Positions 1 through 9,251 of a stretch of DNA of 40,863 nt are shown one piece after another. Position 1 is the first letter of the stretch. Each line of letters starts with the position of its first letter. This DNA is from a virus (Duplodnaviria; Caudoviricetes). The notes under the pieces were generated by a model. It was not told where the DNA came from, did not search any database, and saw nothing but the letters and a program-made list of their open reading frames with translations. Made by a program: the position numbers and the translations under genes. Location of the stretch: IMG/VR virus record IMGVR_UViG_3300017766_000521, positions 1-40,863 of that record; one strand, written 5' to 3'.

Positions 1-1027
1 CACCCTTGAACCAAGGCGCACGCTTTCTTGCTGCTTCGCCATTGATGAAGCCGGGTTCAGACCCGCCAGCATCCATCATCATCTGAAAGATGCCAGACAG
101 TTCAAACCGGGAAGGCTTCTGCCAAAAGATAAGGGAGTTGTTGGACTGAGCGCGCTGAGCGTTGTCTACCCAGAACTCCTTCTTCGCCATGGCAAAGGCA
201 TGTGCTTCAGGGTCAGCGGCAGGGACCAGTGCGATCTCTGCGGCGCGGCGGCTAGACAAGGTTGTGCCAAGCCAGTTGACGAGATCAAGGATGTCGATAC
301 GGGAGAGAAGCTGACCAGCCCTCTTGTTGAGAAGCTCAGCGATGCCTACGAAAGCCTTGGAGATGGTTTCATCACCAGAGCTAATCCAGCCATAACCTTT
401 CAACCGCTCGCCAGCCGGTCTGATCTGGGTGAAGTCGAGGACGATCCGGTCAACCGGGGTCTTCATCGCCACAAGCTTTCCGACAGACTTTGCCCAGCTT
501 TCAGCCGAGTCACCAACTTGGAGAACCCAAGTTAGCGTGCCGTCTTCCTCATCCTTAAACCATTCTTGATTGGTCTCACGGCCTTTGTTGGTGCGGACGG
601 AGCGAACCACGTCAATCTTCACAGGCTTGGTGAAGCCGTTGAGGTTGCCAGTGATAGGCTCAAAGCCGACGCCACAGCCCTGAAGGAGAAGCCAGAAGGC
701 GTCCACCACGTCATGGACGGTTTCGACACGGCCAAACGAGCAGTTGAACTGGGAAGCCTCACGGTGCTTAGACACCTCAGTCCCGCCAAGCCACAAGGTG
801 CGGCCTGACATGGAAATCTTACGGTCAGTCATGAGGGTGCGGAGGTCTTCAAGCTCAGCGATCTGTTCGTTACCAAGCTCCTCGCCACGAGCGCGTTCCC
901 ACAGCCAACGCTGGTGGTCGATTACACGGTCAACAGTCTGTTCCCAAGATTCAAACTTGGTTCCTTCATGGTTGAGTGGGCGGTTGTAGGTACGTCGAGT
1001 GATGATGTTTGCACGAGCCGAGACCAT
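1..1027 (-). CDS. nrdJ: Class II (adenosylcobalamin-dependent) ribonucleoside-triphosphate reductase, N-terminal part, truncated by the window edge
   Basis: Missing from the ORF track. Manual translation from ATG at 1027: MVSARANIITRRTYNRPL...ESWEQTVDRVI...SGRTLWLGGT...SQFNCSF...FWLLLQGCGVGF. These are characteristic monomeric RTPR motifs; SD GAGGA upstream. Confidence 0.9.
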   Translation of the reverse strand, partial: MVSARANIITRRTYNRPLNHEGTKFESWEQTVDRVIDHQRWLWERARGEELGNEQIAELEDLRTLMTDRKISMSGRTLWLGGTEVSKHREASQFNCSFGRVETVHDVVDAFWLLLQGCGVGFEPITGNLNGFTKPVKIDVVRSVRTNKGRETNQEWFKDEEDGTLTWVLQVGDSAESWAKSVGKLVAMKTPVDRIVLDFTQIRPAGERLKGYGWISSGDETISKAFVGIAELLNKRAGQLLSRIDILDLVNWLGTTLSSRRAAEIALVPAADPEAHAFAMAKKEFWVDNAQRAQSNNSLIFWQKPSRFELSGIFQMMMDAGGSEPGFINGEAARKRAPWFKG

Positions 1028-1050
1028 AAGTCCTCAAGTTGGTTGGAGTG

Positions 1051-1374
1051 TTATCGATAGTCGCCGGAACCTGACAGAGCGTTGCGCTCAGATCGGTCCT
1101 CTAGTTTTGCTATGTTGTTCTCAGCGATGGTTGAGAGGTGAACTCCCAACTCTGTCGCTACAGCGGCGACGTACCAAAGCACGTCACCTAACTCTGCGAC
1201 TAAGGCGGTCTCTAGATCGCCATAGCTCATTCCATCTCGGATATATTTCTTCAGCTTTCCTGCAACCTCGCCAGCCTCGCTAGCCAGTCCCAGCACGGTG
1301 TACTCAAGACCATACTCTTCAGGGTAGATAGCGGTCTTAGACGCTCGCCCTTGGTACTCATCGAACTGGATCAA
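1051..1374 (-). CDS. mazG: MazG-like nucleoside triphosphate pyrophosphohydrolase
   Basis: LGLASEAGEVAGKLKK...ELGDVLWYVA and N-x-x-KL-x-DR motifs of the all-alpha NTP-PPase fold. Confidence 0.88.
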   Translation of the reverse strand: MIQFDEYQGRASKTAIYPEEYGLEYTVLGLASEAGEVAGKLKKYIRDGMSYGDLETALVAELGDVLWYVAAVATELGVHLSTIAENNIAKLEDRSERNALSGSGDYR

Positions 1375-1589
1375 TCGGTGTCTCCTGTGAGGATGGTGTT
1401 AAGGGTGTTTCGGAGGAAGTACGCCTGAAGCGGGGTGAGGGCGATGACGTTCACATCAACATCAGTTTGCTGACGGACGAACAGGAGGGGAGCACCCTCT
1501 TCAAACGAGACCTCGATGTCCTCACCCATCTCTTTGTCAGTGAGGATGGTTATGATGGCGGTGTTACCGCTGATCTCAGTCGTTACCAC
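1371..1589 (-). CDS. Hypothetical protein (~72 aa)
   Basis: 3' part of track ORF 1371..1751. A GTG at 1589 with a GGAGG-like SD avoids a long overlap with DUF3310; the stop overlaps the mazG start. Confidence 0.5.
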   Translation of the reverse strand: MVTTEISGNTAIITILTDKEMGEDIEVSFEEGAPLLFVRQQTDVDVNVIALTPLQAYFLRNTLNTILTGDTD

Positions 1590-1890
1590 CCTCAGCCTCC
1601 TTGATAAGCTGGTCGAGATACCAACGAGCTTTCTTGAGGTCTTTAAGCTGAGAGCCTTTGTAGGGAGCGCGCACAACGTACTTGATGACGTTGCCCTCAT
1701 CGAAGGACAAATCCCACGCTTTGATGAAGTCGTGTACTTCGATCTTACCAAGCGTGTAGTGGTCTGGATGGTTCACATCGTCTGCAACTCGATCTTTCAT
1801 AAAGTCGAACTCCAGTTGTTCCTGCACAGGACAGATGTCGCACTGCCCCTTACATTCACCCGGCTGCTTTACGCAGTAGTAGGTGTCCAA
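1576..1890 (-). CDS. DUF3310 family protein (T7 gp1.7-like nucleotide kinase domain)
   Basis: DDVNHPDHY...IEVHDFI...GNVIKYVVRA..K....DLKKARWYL signature. Confidence 0.82.
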   Translation of the reverse strand: MDTYYCVKQPGECKGQCDICPVQEQLEFDFMKDRVADDVNHPDHYTLGKIEVHDFIKAWDLSFDEGNVIKYVVRAPYKGSQLKDLKKARWYLDQLIKEAEGGND

Positions 1891-2600
1891 GGTTTCACCT
1901 CTTGTTTGTCGCTATCCCAATCGCAGGCTCGAAGGATGCGAGCGAGGCGAGCTTGGGTAAGCGCGTCTTCTTCTGATAAGCCTGCACTTGTGTAGGCATT
2001 GACGATAGCTTCCCACAGCTTGCCGTTTGCTTTGGTGAGGATTGAGTCAGCCTTCTTAGGACCGATGCCGGGACAGCCTTTGTAGTTGTCAGCCGTGTCA
2101 CCAATAAGTATCTGCGTGTAGAACCACCAGTCAGCTTCTTCTTCGCTGATCTCTTTAATCCCAGTGTCAGTCAGATGTTTGCCGGGGATTTGACGGAGGT
2201 CTTTGTCGGCTGACCAGATGACCATGTTATTCTTGGCGGTAGCTAGGATGCCAAGACAGTCATCAGCCTCAAGTGTAGGCTTCATCACTACACGGGGCTT
2301 GTTAGCCTCGATCACACGCTCTCTAATGACGCTGAACGCCATTGGCTTACGGGCTGTGCGGTTAGCTTTGTATTCCGGGTACAGTTCTTTTCTGAAGTTT
2401 TGCTTGTCAGAAAAGCAGAGAGCGTAGGCATCTGTTTCTGCCTGTTTGAGTAGGTAGCTAATGCTATCCTCAAACGCGCTTATTGCCTCTGTAACATCTG
2501 TAGCCAGAACCCACATGTCAGGTTCGTATTCTATCTCCCGTTCAACAGAGCAAGCCGCTCTGTACAGAACGATGTCTGCATCAACTAGCAGAGTTGTCAT
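1869..2600 (-). CDS. 5'-3' exonuclease (T7 gp6-like)
   Basis: LLVDAD, FRKELYPEYKANR, LEADD, SADKDLRQIPG, GDTADNYKGCPGIG motifs; synteny. Confidence 0.93.
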   Translation of the reverse strand: MTTLLVDADIVLYRAACSVEREIEYEPDMWVLATDVTEAISAFEDSISYLLKQAETDAYALCFSDKQNFRKELYPEYKANRTARKPMAFSVIRERVIEANKPRVVMKPTLEADDCLGILATAKNNMVIWSADKDLRQIPGKHLTDTGIKEISEEEADWWFYTQILIGDTADNYKGCPGIGPKKADSILTKANGKLWEAIVNAYTSAGLSEEDALTQARLARILRACDWDSDKQEVKPWTPTTA

Positions 2601-3234
2601 CCATTAAGGCCCTCCAGCTAACGGGGAATAGACCGCCCATATCACTGTCAATAATTGCAGCGACCTGTCGGGTCTCTTGTTGGGTATGTGGATCAAGTCT
2701 TAGCTTGCATACACGAGCAAACGCATAGAGAGACCCGGACCAAATCCATTCAGTCATGGTTGACTGGGGTAGGACCATGCGAGCCTGTTCTGGGCAGCAA
2801 CCCTCTGAGATCAGGCGCTCATAGAGCCTCTTGGCTTCTGCGGTGTACCCATCGAGGAGGATGCCCGTGTAGCTTGAAAGCTGAGCCGGGTAATCCTCTG
2901 ATCCCTGCTTCTTGTTTGCCGCACGGGCACGCATGAAAGGAGGTTCGTAGAACTCAGGTTCGCTATCCACGTACCGTCTAGACACCTCGTTCCATGCGAG
3001 ACCCACGGTGTGCTTCTGTAGCTGACGCGCTACGAAGATGGGGGCCTTAATGCGAAACTTGACGAAGCAGTGTGAGAACGGGGACCAGTGGTTGTGCTTA
3101 GCAAGGTAGAAGATGAGCTTTTCGTCTTGTGCTGTAAGCTCCTTGCTGTCCTTTGCGAAGCTGACCCTAGCAGCGTTCACCACGGCTAGATCGTCACCCA
3201 TGTGGTCGAGAAGCGACACGGAGATGTCAGTCAT
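2581..3234 (-). CDS. thyX: Flavin-dependent thymidylate synthase
   Basis: VVNAARVSF, HWSPF, APIFVARQLQKH...WNEVSRRY, EQARMVLPQS, HTQQE. Start placed at ATG 3234, coupled to the upstream stop. Confidence 0.93.
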   Translation of the reverse strand: MTDISVSLLDHMGDDLAVVNAARVSFAKDSKELTAQDEKLIFYLAKHNHWSPFSHCFVKFRIKAPIFVARQLQKHTVGLAWNEVSRRYVDSEPEFYEPPFMRARAANKKQGSEDYPAQLSSYTGILLDGYTAEAKRLYERLISEGCCPEQARMVLPQSTMTEWIWSGSLYAFARVCKLRLDPHTQQETRQVAAIIDSDMGGLFPVSWRALMDDNSAS

Positions 3235-3499
3235 TCGGTTCCTCAACTTGCTTAGCTGCGTTGGTGAGGATCGTGATGAGCCCGTGTTTAATCACAGCTT
3301 CAGCGACGTTCCTTCCAAGAACGAAATCACACATCATCGATCCATCAAAGTTCTCATGGATGCCGGTGATCTCAATCCTGTCTGGGTGTTCATCTCGTTG
3401 TCGGTAGGCGTTGAAGACATGTAGCAGTAGGTAAAGGTCCGCCTTTTTAACCGGGTATGTGGACCACGGGTCTTGCATAAGTTCTTCACGGGTAATCAT
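3227..3499 (-). CDS. Hypothetical protein
   Basis: 90-aa ORF tiling between its neighbours with translational coupling. Confidence 0.65.
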   Translation of the reverse strand: MITREELMQDPWSTYPVKKADLYLLLHVFNAYRQRDEHPDRIEITGIHENFDGSMMCDFVLGRNVAEAVIKHGLITILTNAAKQVEEPND

Positions 3500-3505
3500 G
3501 ACCGC

Positions 3506-3649
3506 TCACTTTGCTAGCATGTAGAGACCGATGTTTGAGAAGGCGTACCCAGCGAAGGCGATGCCGATGCCAGTGTTACCTTTCAGCGCAGAGTCGAGAG
3601 CCACGATGAAGTAGATGAGCCCAACCATCAGAATGAGGGGCGCGCTCAT
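3506..3649 (-). CDS. Small hydrophobic membrane protein (47 aa)
   Basis: Below the track cutoff: MSAPLILMVGLIYFIVALDSALKGNTGIGIAFAGYAFSNIGLYMLAK. Fills the gap exactly, with an ATGA overlap to the upstream gene. Confidence 0.7.
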   Translation of the reverse strand: MSAPLILMVGLIYFIVALDSALKGNTGIGIAFAGYAFSNIGLYMLAK

Positions 3650-3903
3650 ATCTTCACCGTCTTGCGCTTAACGATCCAACCCTTGGGGATACAGATGCGA
3701 GCATTGGTCTCTCGATCTGTCTTACCGAATGTGCCAGCGAGGGTGACGTGGGTCTTCGTGTCAGCCACGACTAGACCAACGCTAACAATGCTAGCCGGTT
3801 GAACACCCCCGTCAGCATGTTCCCAGCCGACGTGAGCAACCGCATCCATCCACTCAATAACGGTGATGGTGTCGTTAGTGGGTTTCTGCCCAGTTCCTGC
3901 CAA
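3646..3903 (-). CDS. Hypothetical protein
   Basis: 85-aa ORF overlapping the polymerase end; VIEWMDA...GW...SVG...IPKGWI pattern typical of small phage proteins. Confidence 0.7.
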   Translation of the reverse strand: MAGTGQKPTNDTITVIEWMDAVAHVGWEHADGGVQPASIVSVGLVVADTKTHVTLAGTFGKTDRETNARICIPKGWIVKRKTVKI

Positions 3904-5635
3904 TTTTGTATTCTCCGTTTAGAGGGACGTTGATCTTGAAGAACGCGCCAGCTTCCTTGATGCACTCAACAGCCTGCTTGCCGAACTCATCAGCAATGTC
4001 TTGGTCCACCTCGAATTGAACTTCGTCGTGAACCCATGCGAGTTGCTTGGCCTTTCCATGCCATTGCATTTGTGTAAGCATTAGATCAATCTCAACAAGC
4101 CATTGCTTACTGAGCAGACCAGCCGCACTTTGCAGAACGGTGTTTAACGCAGCGTGCTGACTGCGTATGTGCAGGCGGCGACCATCAAGGCCAATCAGGT
4201 ATCCACGACCTGAAGCCTTTTTGATTTTCTCTAGTAGGTCTTCCAGCGCAGGAACCCCCTTGAGAAAACGTCTCCGCAGCTTCTTGCCTACTTCAGCGCC
4301 CCTGCCAACGATGGACCCAATCTTCTCAGGACCAGCGCCGTATAAGAAGGCGTAGATAAAGGTCTTTGCTTGGTTACGTGTCTCCAAGCCTGCGGCCTTC
4401 TGGTTCACCGTATGGATGTCACCTGTGCAAACCTGTTCAGTGTACTCAGGGTCTCCCATAAAGTAAGCCAACATGCGTAGCTCGATGCCTGACATGTCAA
4501 CGCCGACAAGAACCTTGCCTTCAGGGACAACGAACAGGGATCGACATTCTTTACCGTAGGGTGCGCCTACGGCAGGCACCTGAGCCATGTTAGGATTTCT
4601 ATGCGTGGCCCTGCCTGTAACCGCACCGTTAGTAACGACCTCGCCATGTATGCGCTTGGTCTTCTTGTTGACCATCTTCTGCCAACTGTTGTCACCCTCG
4701 GCTAACATGCCTAGACGCTTTTGTACGAGGAAGTATTCGGCTAGGAACTTCGCCTCTGGGTACTCAAGTTTGGACAGGACGGTTTCATCGACCTTGGCAG
4801 ACCCGTCTGGTGTGAACTCAGTGGGATTCCAGTTGTATTTGTCGATGAGACGCTGAGCGATTTGCTTGCGTGATCCTGCGTTAAAGATAACCGTTTTCTT
4901 TCTGAGGATCGGTTGACCTTTAACGTACCCGTATTTCTTGTTGTTGACTTTAGGTACATACTCTTCTTCGATTTCGTAATCAGGGAACACGTCCTTCATT
5001 TTGGCTTCAATCTCAGCCTTGCGCCTTTGAAGCACAGCCGCCAGCTTGTAGGAAGCCTCCTCATCAAAGAGAAAGCCGTTCCTTTCTTGCTGGGCTACAA
5101 TGTGAGCTACTTGATGCTCAAGGACACTAGCCCGTTCAGAATAAGCTGGATGATTTATAAGCGCGTCATGAAGTCTATCAGTGACCTCCGTGTCCCTGAC
5201 GTTGTATTCTAACATCTCTGCCGAATAGGTTTCCCATCCGCCGTCGTAGTTAGCTTTGTGGAAACCGAGACGCTGACCCCACGCTTTCAACGAATGTGAC
5301 CCGATTAGTTTCGGATCGAGAGTTGAAGCCTCCTTGCTGCGATCTTGGTCACTAAGATCAGTGTGTATCAGCCGGGAAAGGATCAGCGTGTCTGTCACAC
5401 GGTTCCTATCAATGTGGAACCATGGATACAGCTTTGTTGCAACGGCGAGGTCATAGCCAATGATGTTATGACCGATGACCTCGCTTGCCTCCATAAGGAA
5501 GCGCAAGCCCTGTTCAACCTGAGAAGGTTCAAACTTGTGAGCCTGCTTTGTATCCTTATCTATCGCCACAATGCAGTGAATGACGCTTGCATCCCAATAC
5601 AGACCATTCGTTTCAATATCGAATACAAGCCTCAT
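3875..5635 (-). CDS. polA: Family A DNA polymerase (T7 gp5-like) with 3'-5' exonuclease
   Basis: ExoI FDIET, HNIIGYD, YNVRD; motif A VDMSGIELR, motif B RNQAKTFIYAFLYGAG, motif C WVHDE. Confidence 0.97.
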   Translation of the reverse strand: MRLVFDIETNGLYWDASVIHCIVAIDKDTKQAHKFEPSQVEQGLRFLMEASEVIGHNIIGYDLAVATKLYPWFHIDRNRVTDTLILSRLIHTDLSDQDRSKEASTLDPKLIGSHSLKAWGQRLGFHKANYDGGWETYSAEMLEYNVRDTEVTDRLHDALINHPAYSERASVLEHQVAHIVAQQERNGFLFDEEASYKLAAVLQRRKAEIEAKMKDVFPDYEIEEEYVPKVNNKKYGYVKGQPILRKKTVIFNAGSRKQIAQRLIDKYNWNPTEFTPDGSAKVDETVLSKLEYPEAKFLAEYFLVQKRLGMLAEGDNSWQKMVNKKTKRIHGEVVTNGAVTGRATHRNPNMAQVPAVGAPYGKECRSLFVVPEGKVLVGVDMSGIELRMLAYFMGDPEYTEQVCTGDIHTVNQKAAGLETRNQAKTFIYAFLYGAGPEKIGSIVGRGAEVGKKLRRRFLKGVPALEDLLEKIKKASGRGYLIGLDGRRLHIRSQHAALNTVLQSAAGLLSKQWLVEIDLMLTQMQWHGKAKQLAWVHDEVQFEVDQDIADEFGKQAVECIKEAGAFFKINVPLNGEYKIGRNWAETH

Positions 5636-5641
5636 GTCGCC

Positions 5642-5845
5642 TCACTGTTCGAATTGATGGAAGGAGCAGCTATTGAAGGTCTGAACCAGTCTGGACTTGT
5701 GGTGCATGTCCATCTGGAAGTGTGGAGGTGCCTTCAAACTGCAATAGATCAGGTCATTCCAAGGTTCAGCGAACTTGCAGTTGTTGCAGACCGCTGGAAA
5801 CTTCTTAGGAGCCTGTTCCTGATCCGTAGTAGGTTTCTTAGCCAT
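5642..5845 (-). CDS. Small Cys-rich, putative Zn-binding protein
   Basis: CNNCKF...C...C pattern in a 67-aa ORF; tiles between neighbours. Confidence 0.6.
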   Translation of the reverse strand: MAKKPTTDQEQAPKKFPAVCNNCKFAEPWNDLIYCSLKAPPHFQMDMHHKSRLVQTFNSCSFHQFEQ

Positions 5846-6200
5846 TGAGCGTATACCGGGTGTACACCTGACCAGTGATGGGGTGGGTACGCCGCAGCGA
5901 TACGATGTTCATGTGGTATTCGTTGCGAAGCTGAGAGATGTACTTGGTGAGAGCGCCACCGCTCATCTGGTAATCGTCCATCGCCTCACGGTGAGAGATG
6001 GAGCCAGTCTTCTTGAGGTGTTTAACGAGCTTCTGGATTTTCGTCATTCCGTTTGCCTTTTTCCAACCGTTGTGTTCACGAGCTACACACATTGTGAGGA
6101 GCCGTTTGTGGAACGGTCCCCAACCTTCGTCTTCCCAAGCGCGCACGCAGGCAACGTCAGCCATGTGGAACATGAGGTCTTCGCCATTAGAATCGGACAT
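5838..6200 (-). CDS. Putative winged helix-turn-helix DNA-binding protein
   Basis: C-terminal LVKHLKKTGSISHREAMDDY...LTKYISQLR...YTRYTL resembles small phage wHTH proteins; SD GGAGG. Confidence 0.6.
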   Translation of the reverse strand: MSDSNGEDLMFHMADVACVRAWEDEGWGPFHKRLLTMCVAREHNGWKKANGMTKIQKLVKHLKKTGSISHREAMDDYQMSGGALTKYISQLRNEYHMNIVSLRRTHPITGQVYTRYTLNG

Positions 6201-7827
6201 CTGTTTCCTCCGGTGTGAACGCTTGCTCTTTGAGACGGCCTGTCTCCTTTGAATACGTCAGTGCATTGGCTACACCTGTGTCACCGCTGAACCTATTTTT
6301 AAGGACACGAACAACCGTCTCGTTTGGATTGTCTCCCTGTTGATTGCGCTCAAGGCCCAACACCATGTCACTCAACTGAGCGATGGCATGTGAACCACGT
6401 AGCTGTGCGAGGGAGGTTTGAAGCCCCTGTTCATGACCTTTGTCAGACATGGACGGACGCTTCAGGTGCGACACGACGAACATGGCTACACCTGTCTCTT
6501 CAACGAGAGACCTGAGTTTAGTCATGATGACATCAAGCGCACGCCGCTCATCGATGTTCTCTAGACCGCTGATAGCTATGGACACATGGTCCAAAAACAG
6601 CGCATCACACTGCATACCTACTGCTAGGTATCGGAGACGTTCGATGAGGTTATCAGGGTCAACAGACCCAAAGCTGTCGAACAGGTATAGGTTCCTGCCG
6701 ATAGCTTGTTCAGCTTGGGCGAACTCCTCGTCATCAACTCCCTCACGAGAGATGTGAAGGGGTTTGTTCAAGTAGACACCCATCATGCCAAGCATGGTTC
6801 GCTCTGGGCTTTCCTCCAAAGCGATGTAACCAACCTTCCACCCTTTGTTGAGCATCAGGTCAGTAGCAATCTCACGACAGAAAAGGCTCTTGCCGATCCC
6901 TGATCCAGCCGTGATTGTCACGAGTTCACGCTTGCGTATACCACCTGTCTTCTGGGTCAGACCGATGTAGGGATAGTCAACGCCTGTGTTCTGACCATAG
7001 TCACGCAGTCTGTCGTGAAGGTCTAACGCGCTGATGATGCCATCAGGACGGTAGACAGTCGCTCCCCAGATTGCGTCAATGATGTCAGCGCCCCGGTTAC
7101 CCACGAGTAACTCGTTAGCGTCCTTGGCGTTGTTCAGGTTTGCTATCTTCGCCTTACCGGGTGCTAACAGTTTAGCGCACTCGATAGCAGCGGCGCGACC
7201 CGGCTCATCCATGTCAAACATGAAGACAACTGTTTCAAACTGGTTGATCCAGTTGAGATGCTTCCTGATCGATTTGGCTGCGCTGTTTGCACCATTCTCA
7301 ACAGAGACCACACTCCATTTGAGACCTTGGGTTTGCGAGATTGACAGGGCGTCTACCTCGCCTTCGCAAACGACAAGCAGCTTTCCCCCGTCACGGCATA
7401 ACCACTGACCGTAGAGAGGGGCCTTCTTGGGATCACCGATCCACTTGAAGGTCTTGTCAGCAAAGCGAACCTTCGCTGCCACGGGTTTACGGGTGATGGG
7501 ATCGAGGTAGTAGGCGAAGTGGGCGGGCTTATCGTCGTAGTGTCCTACACGGTAAGACCAATGCCGACACGTGTCCTCTCTGAGAGCACGCGCCGGTAAG
7601 TCTCTTGCTTCTCCCGTGAACGAGAGTGTCGCTTCTTGCTTTCCTTCTTCCGCTGACGGAATAAACGGTTTGCTAGAGATTTCGCCCATGCGTTCCTCAT
7701 CGCCTTTCTCCCAATAGCCGCAGCCAAAGCAAAACCCATGTCCATCAGAGTAGCGCCCGAGGTTGTCACGGGAGCCACAGGCTGGGCAGGGTTCTTTCCA
7801 GAGATGTTGTGACTCCCGTTCTTCCAT
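6187..7827 (-). CDS. DNA primase/helicase (T7 gp4-like)
   Basis: Zn ribbon CPACGSRD...CFGC, TOPRIM CEGEVDA/FDMD, Walker A AGSGIGKS, LDHVSI, VSHLKR, LRGS, KNRFSG. Start moved to ATG 7827. Confidence 0.96.
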   Translation of the reverse strand: MEERESQHLWKEPCPACGSRDNLGRYSDGHGFCFGCGYWEKGDEERMGEISSKPFIPSAEEGKQEATLSFTGEARDLPARALREDTCRHWSYRVGHYDDKPAHFAYYLDPITRKPVAAKVRFADKTFKWIGDPKKAPLYGQWLCRDGGKLLVVCEGEVDALSISQTQGLKWSVVSVENGANSAAKSIRKHLNWINQFETVVFMFDMDEPGRAAAIECAKLLAPGKAKIANLNNAKDANELLVGNRGADIIDAIWGATVYRPDGIISALDLHDRLRDYGQNTGVDYPYIGLTQKTGGIRKRELVTITAGSGIGKSLFCREIATDLMLNKGWKVGYIALEESPERTMLGMMGVYLNKPLHISREGVDDEEFAQAEQAIGRNLYLFDSFGSVDPDNLIERLRYLAVGMQCDALFLDHVSIAISGLENIDERRALDVIMTKLRSLVEETGVAMFVVSHLKRPSMSDKGHEQGLQTSLAQLRGSHAIAQLSDMVLGLERNQQGDNPNETVVRVLKNRFSGDTGVANALTYSKETGRLKEQAFTPEETDVRF

Positions 7828-7828
7828 G

Positions 7829-8065
7829 TCAGACGATGTTGTTTGCGGTGATGATGTCCTCACCGTTGTCGTCAAGGGCGGCAACATTCTCGACGTAGGT
7901 GAACGTCATGCCGTGTAGGAAGTATCGGAAGGTATCAAGAACGGTTGCGAGGCTCTCGGCGTTCTCGCCGTGTATTGAGCGTTCAACGTATGCATCTAGA
8001 TTGCCGTTGCTATCATATGACCGATAAGTAAAGGTCACAGAGTTTTTCAGCTCTTCATCCAACAT
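7829..8065 (-). CDS. Hypothetical acidic protein occupying the T7 gp3.5 position
   Basis: SD AAGGAG before ATG 8065; no amidase motifs seen. Confidence 0.65.
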   Translation of the reverse strand: MLDEELKNSVTFTYRSYDSNGNLDAYVERSIHGENAESLATVLDTFRYFLHGMTFTYVENVAALDDNGEDIITANNIV

Positions 8066-8067
8066 TG

Positions 8068-8484
8068 TCACTCCTTCAGCCAATCTTCAGGGATGCTTAC
8101 ATCAGCGTAAGGAAAGCCGTGTTTGTCACACCACATGCCATACGTAGTCTTTGACTTCTTTCCGATGCGATCTTTAGAGCGATTGAACACGAACCTGATG
8201 TCGAGGCTCGGGAACTGGTGTTTGACTAGGATCATCTTCTGCCGATCAGGGGTTAGGAATCGGCCCTTGGTTTCGACGATGATTTGTTTGCCACTCTGTG
8301 TGACGATCTGGAAATCAGGCGTATAGCGTGCCTGTCGTTCAGGCTTGATATACTTGATGACCAAATCTTCGTAGCTGAAGTCTACACCTTGCTCCAACAG
8401 TTCCTGTGCTATGCGTTCTTCTAGGCCAGAACGATAACCTTTAGAAATTGAAGTTCTCGTTGTTGGCGTTTTGTTTAGCTTCAT
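8068..8484 (-). CDS. Holliday junction resolvase / endonuclease I (T7 gp3-like)
   Basis: YRSGLEE, YTPDF, ETKGRF...DRQK, DIRFVF, TTYGMWCDKHGF. Start placed at ATG 8484. Confidence 0.94.
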   Translation of the reverse strand: MKLNKTPTTRTSISKGYRSGLEERIAQELLEQGVDFSYEDLVIKYIKPERQARYTPDFQIVTQSGKQIIVETKGRFLTPDRQKMILVKHQFPSLDIRFVFNRSKDRIGKKSKTTYGMWCDKHGFPYADVSIPEDWLKE

Positions 8485-9061
8485 TATTGTTCTTGTTATT
8501 GTTGTTATTTTCAGCTTCGTCTTCAATCTCGTCATCGAGTTCGCCGTCATACTCATAGCCCTCTTCAGGCTGGAAGGCTGACGCACGTTCAACAAGGTTG
8601 ATGACCTGTACAGACCGGATGTTCAGGCGAGCGCCCATGGCTGCAACGCTGATCCAACCATCGATCTTGATGGTGGACCCAGAGGTCAGCGCAAGGTTAG
8701 AGGGCATAGGCCGGGTCTTTGCATCGCAGAACGGGATGCGATTACGCTTGCCGCTGCGGTCTGCACCGTAGGCTTTGAACTTCACTTCGACATTGCCGGT
8801 CTCTTCGCCCGTGTCCTTGTCGATCTCCTTCTTGTAAGGGAGATGCTGGGGCTTGAAGCCTGACTTAGCGATGGCCTCGTCAATCGTCTGCTTAAAGGGT
8901 GCAAAGTCAGCTTTGCTCATGATGAGAGCGACCTCGTACTGACCTTTGGGGTCCGGCATAGAGCGGCCCACTGCGGTGTTATAGGTGTACGGCTGGTCGA
9001 GCTTTGGATACTTTGCGATACCCTTGGGTGACGTGAACTGAGTGTTTTTCTTATTGGACAT
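8441..9061 (-). CDS. Single-stranded DNA-binding protein (T7 gp2.5-like)
   Basis: FTSPKGIAKYPKL, VKFK, SVQVINLVE, acidic tail ending in Phe; synteny. Confidence 0.9.
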   Translation of the reverse strand: MSNKKNTQFTSPKGIAKYPKLDQPYTYNTAVGRSMPDPKGQYEVALIMSKADFAPFKQTIDEAIAKSGFKPQHLPYKKEIDKDTGEETGNVEVKFKAYGADRSGKRNRIPFCDAKTRPMPSNLALTSGSTIKIDGWISVAAMGARLNIRSVQVINLVERASAFQPEEGYEYDGELDDEIEDEAENNNNNKNNNEAKQNANNENFNF

Positions 9062-9251
9062 ACAGTTGCTCTTTTGGAATGAGTTTACCTTCGTCGCTCA
9101 TGTGCATCAGCACACAGTCAACGATGTTTCCCAGAAGGTCAGTATCGATCACGATGGTTTGATCCTCGTGAACCAGTGCGACCCTCTGTTCTTCGAATTG
9201 GATGAGGACGATGAGGTCATCGATGCGATAGCCAATACCGCCGCTCATCAC
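9051..9251 (-). CDS. Hypothetical protein
   Basis: 66-aa ORF coupled to both neighbours. Confidence 0.55.
   Translation of the reverse strand: MMSGGIGYRIDDLIVLIQFEEQRVALVHEDQTIVIDTDLLGNIVDCVLMHMSDEGKLIPKEQLYVQ

Noticed and set aside
200-1283. Plus-strand ORFs at the window start
   Set aside because: Antisense to nrdJ and mazG, which carry clear motifs.
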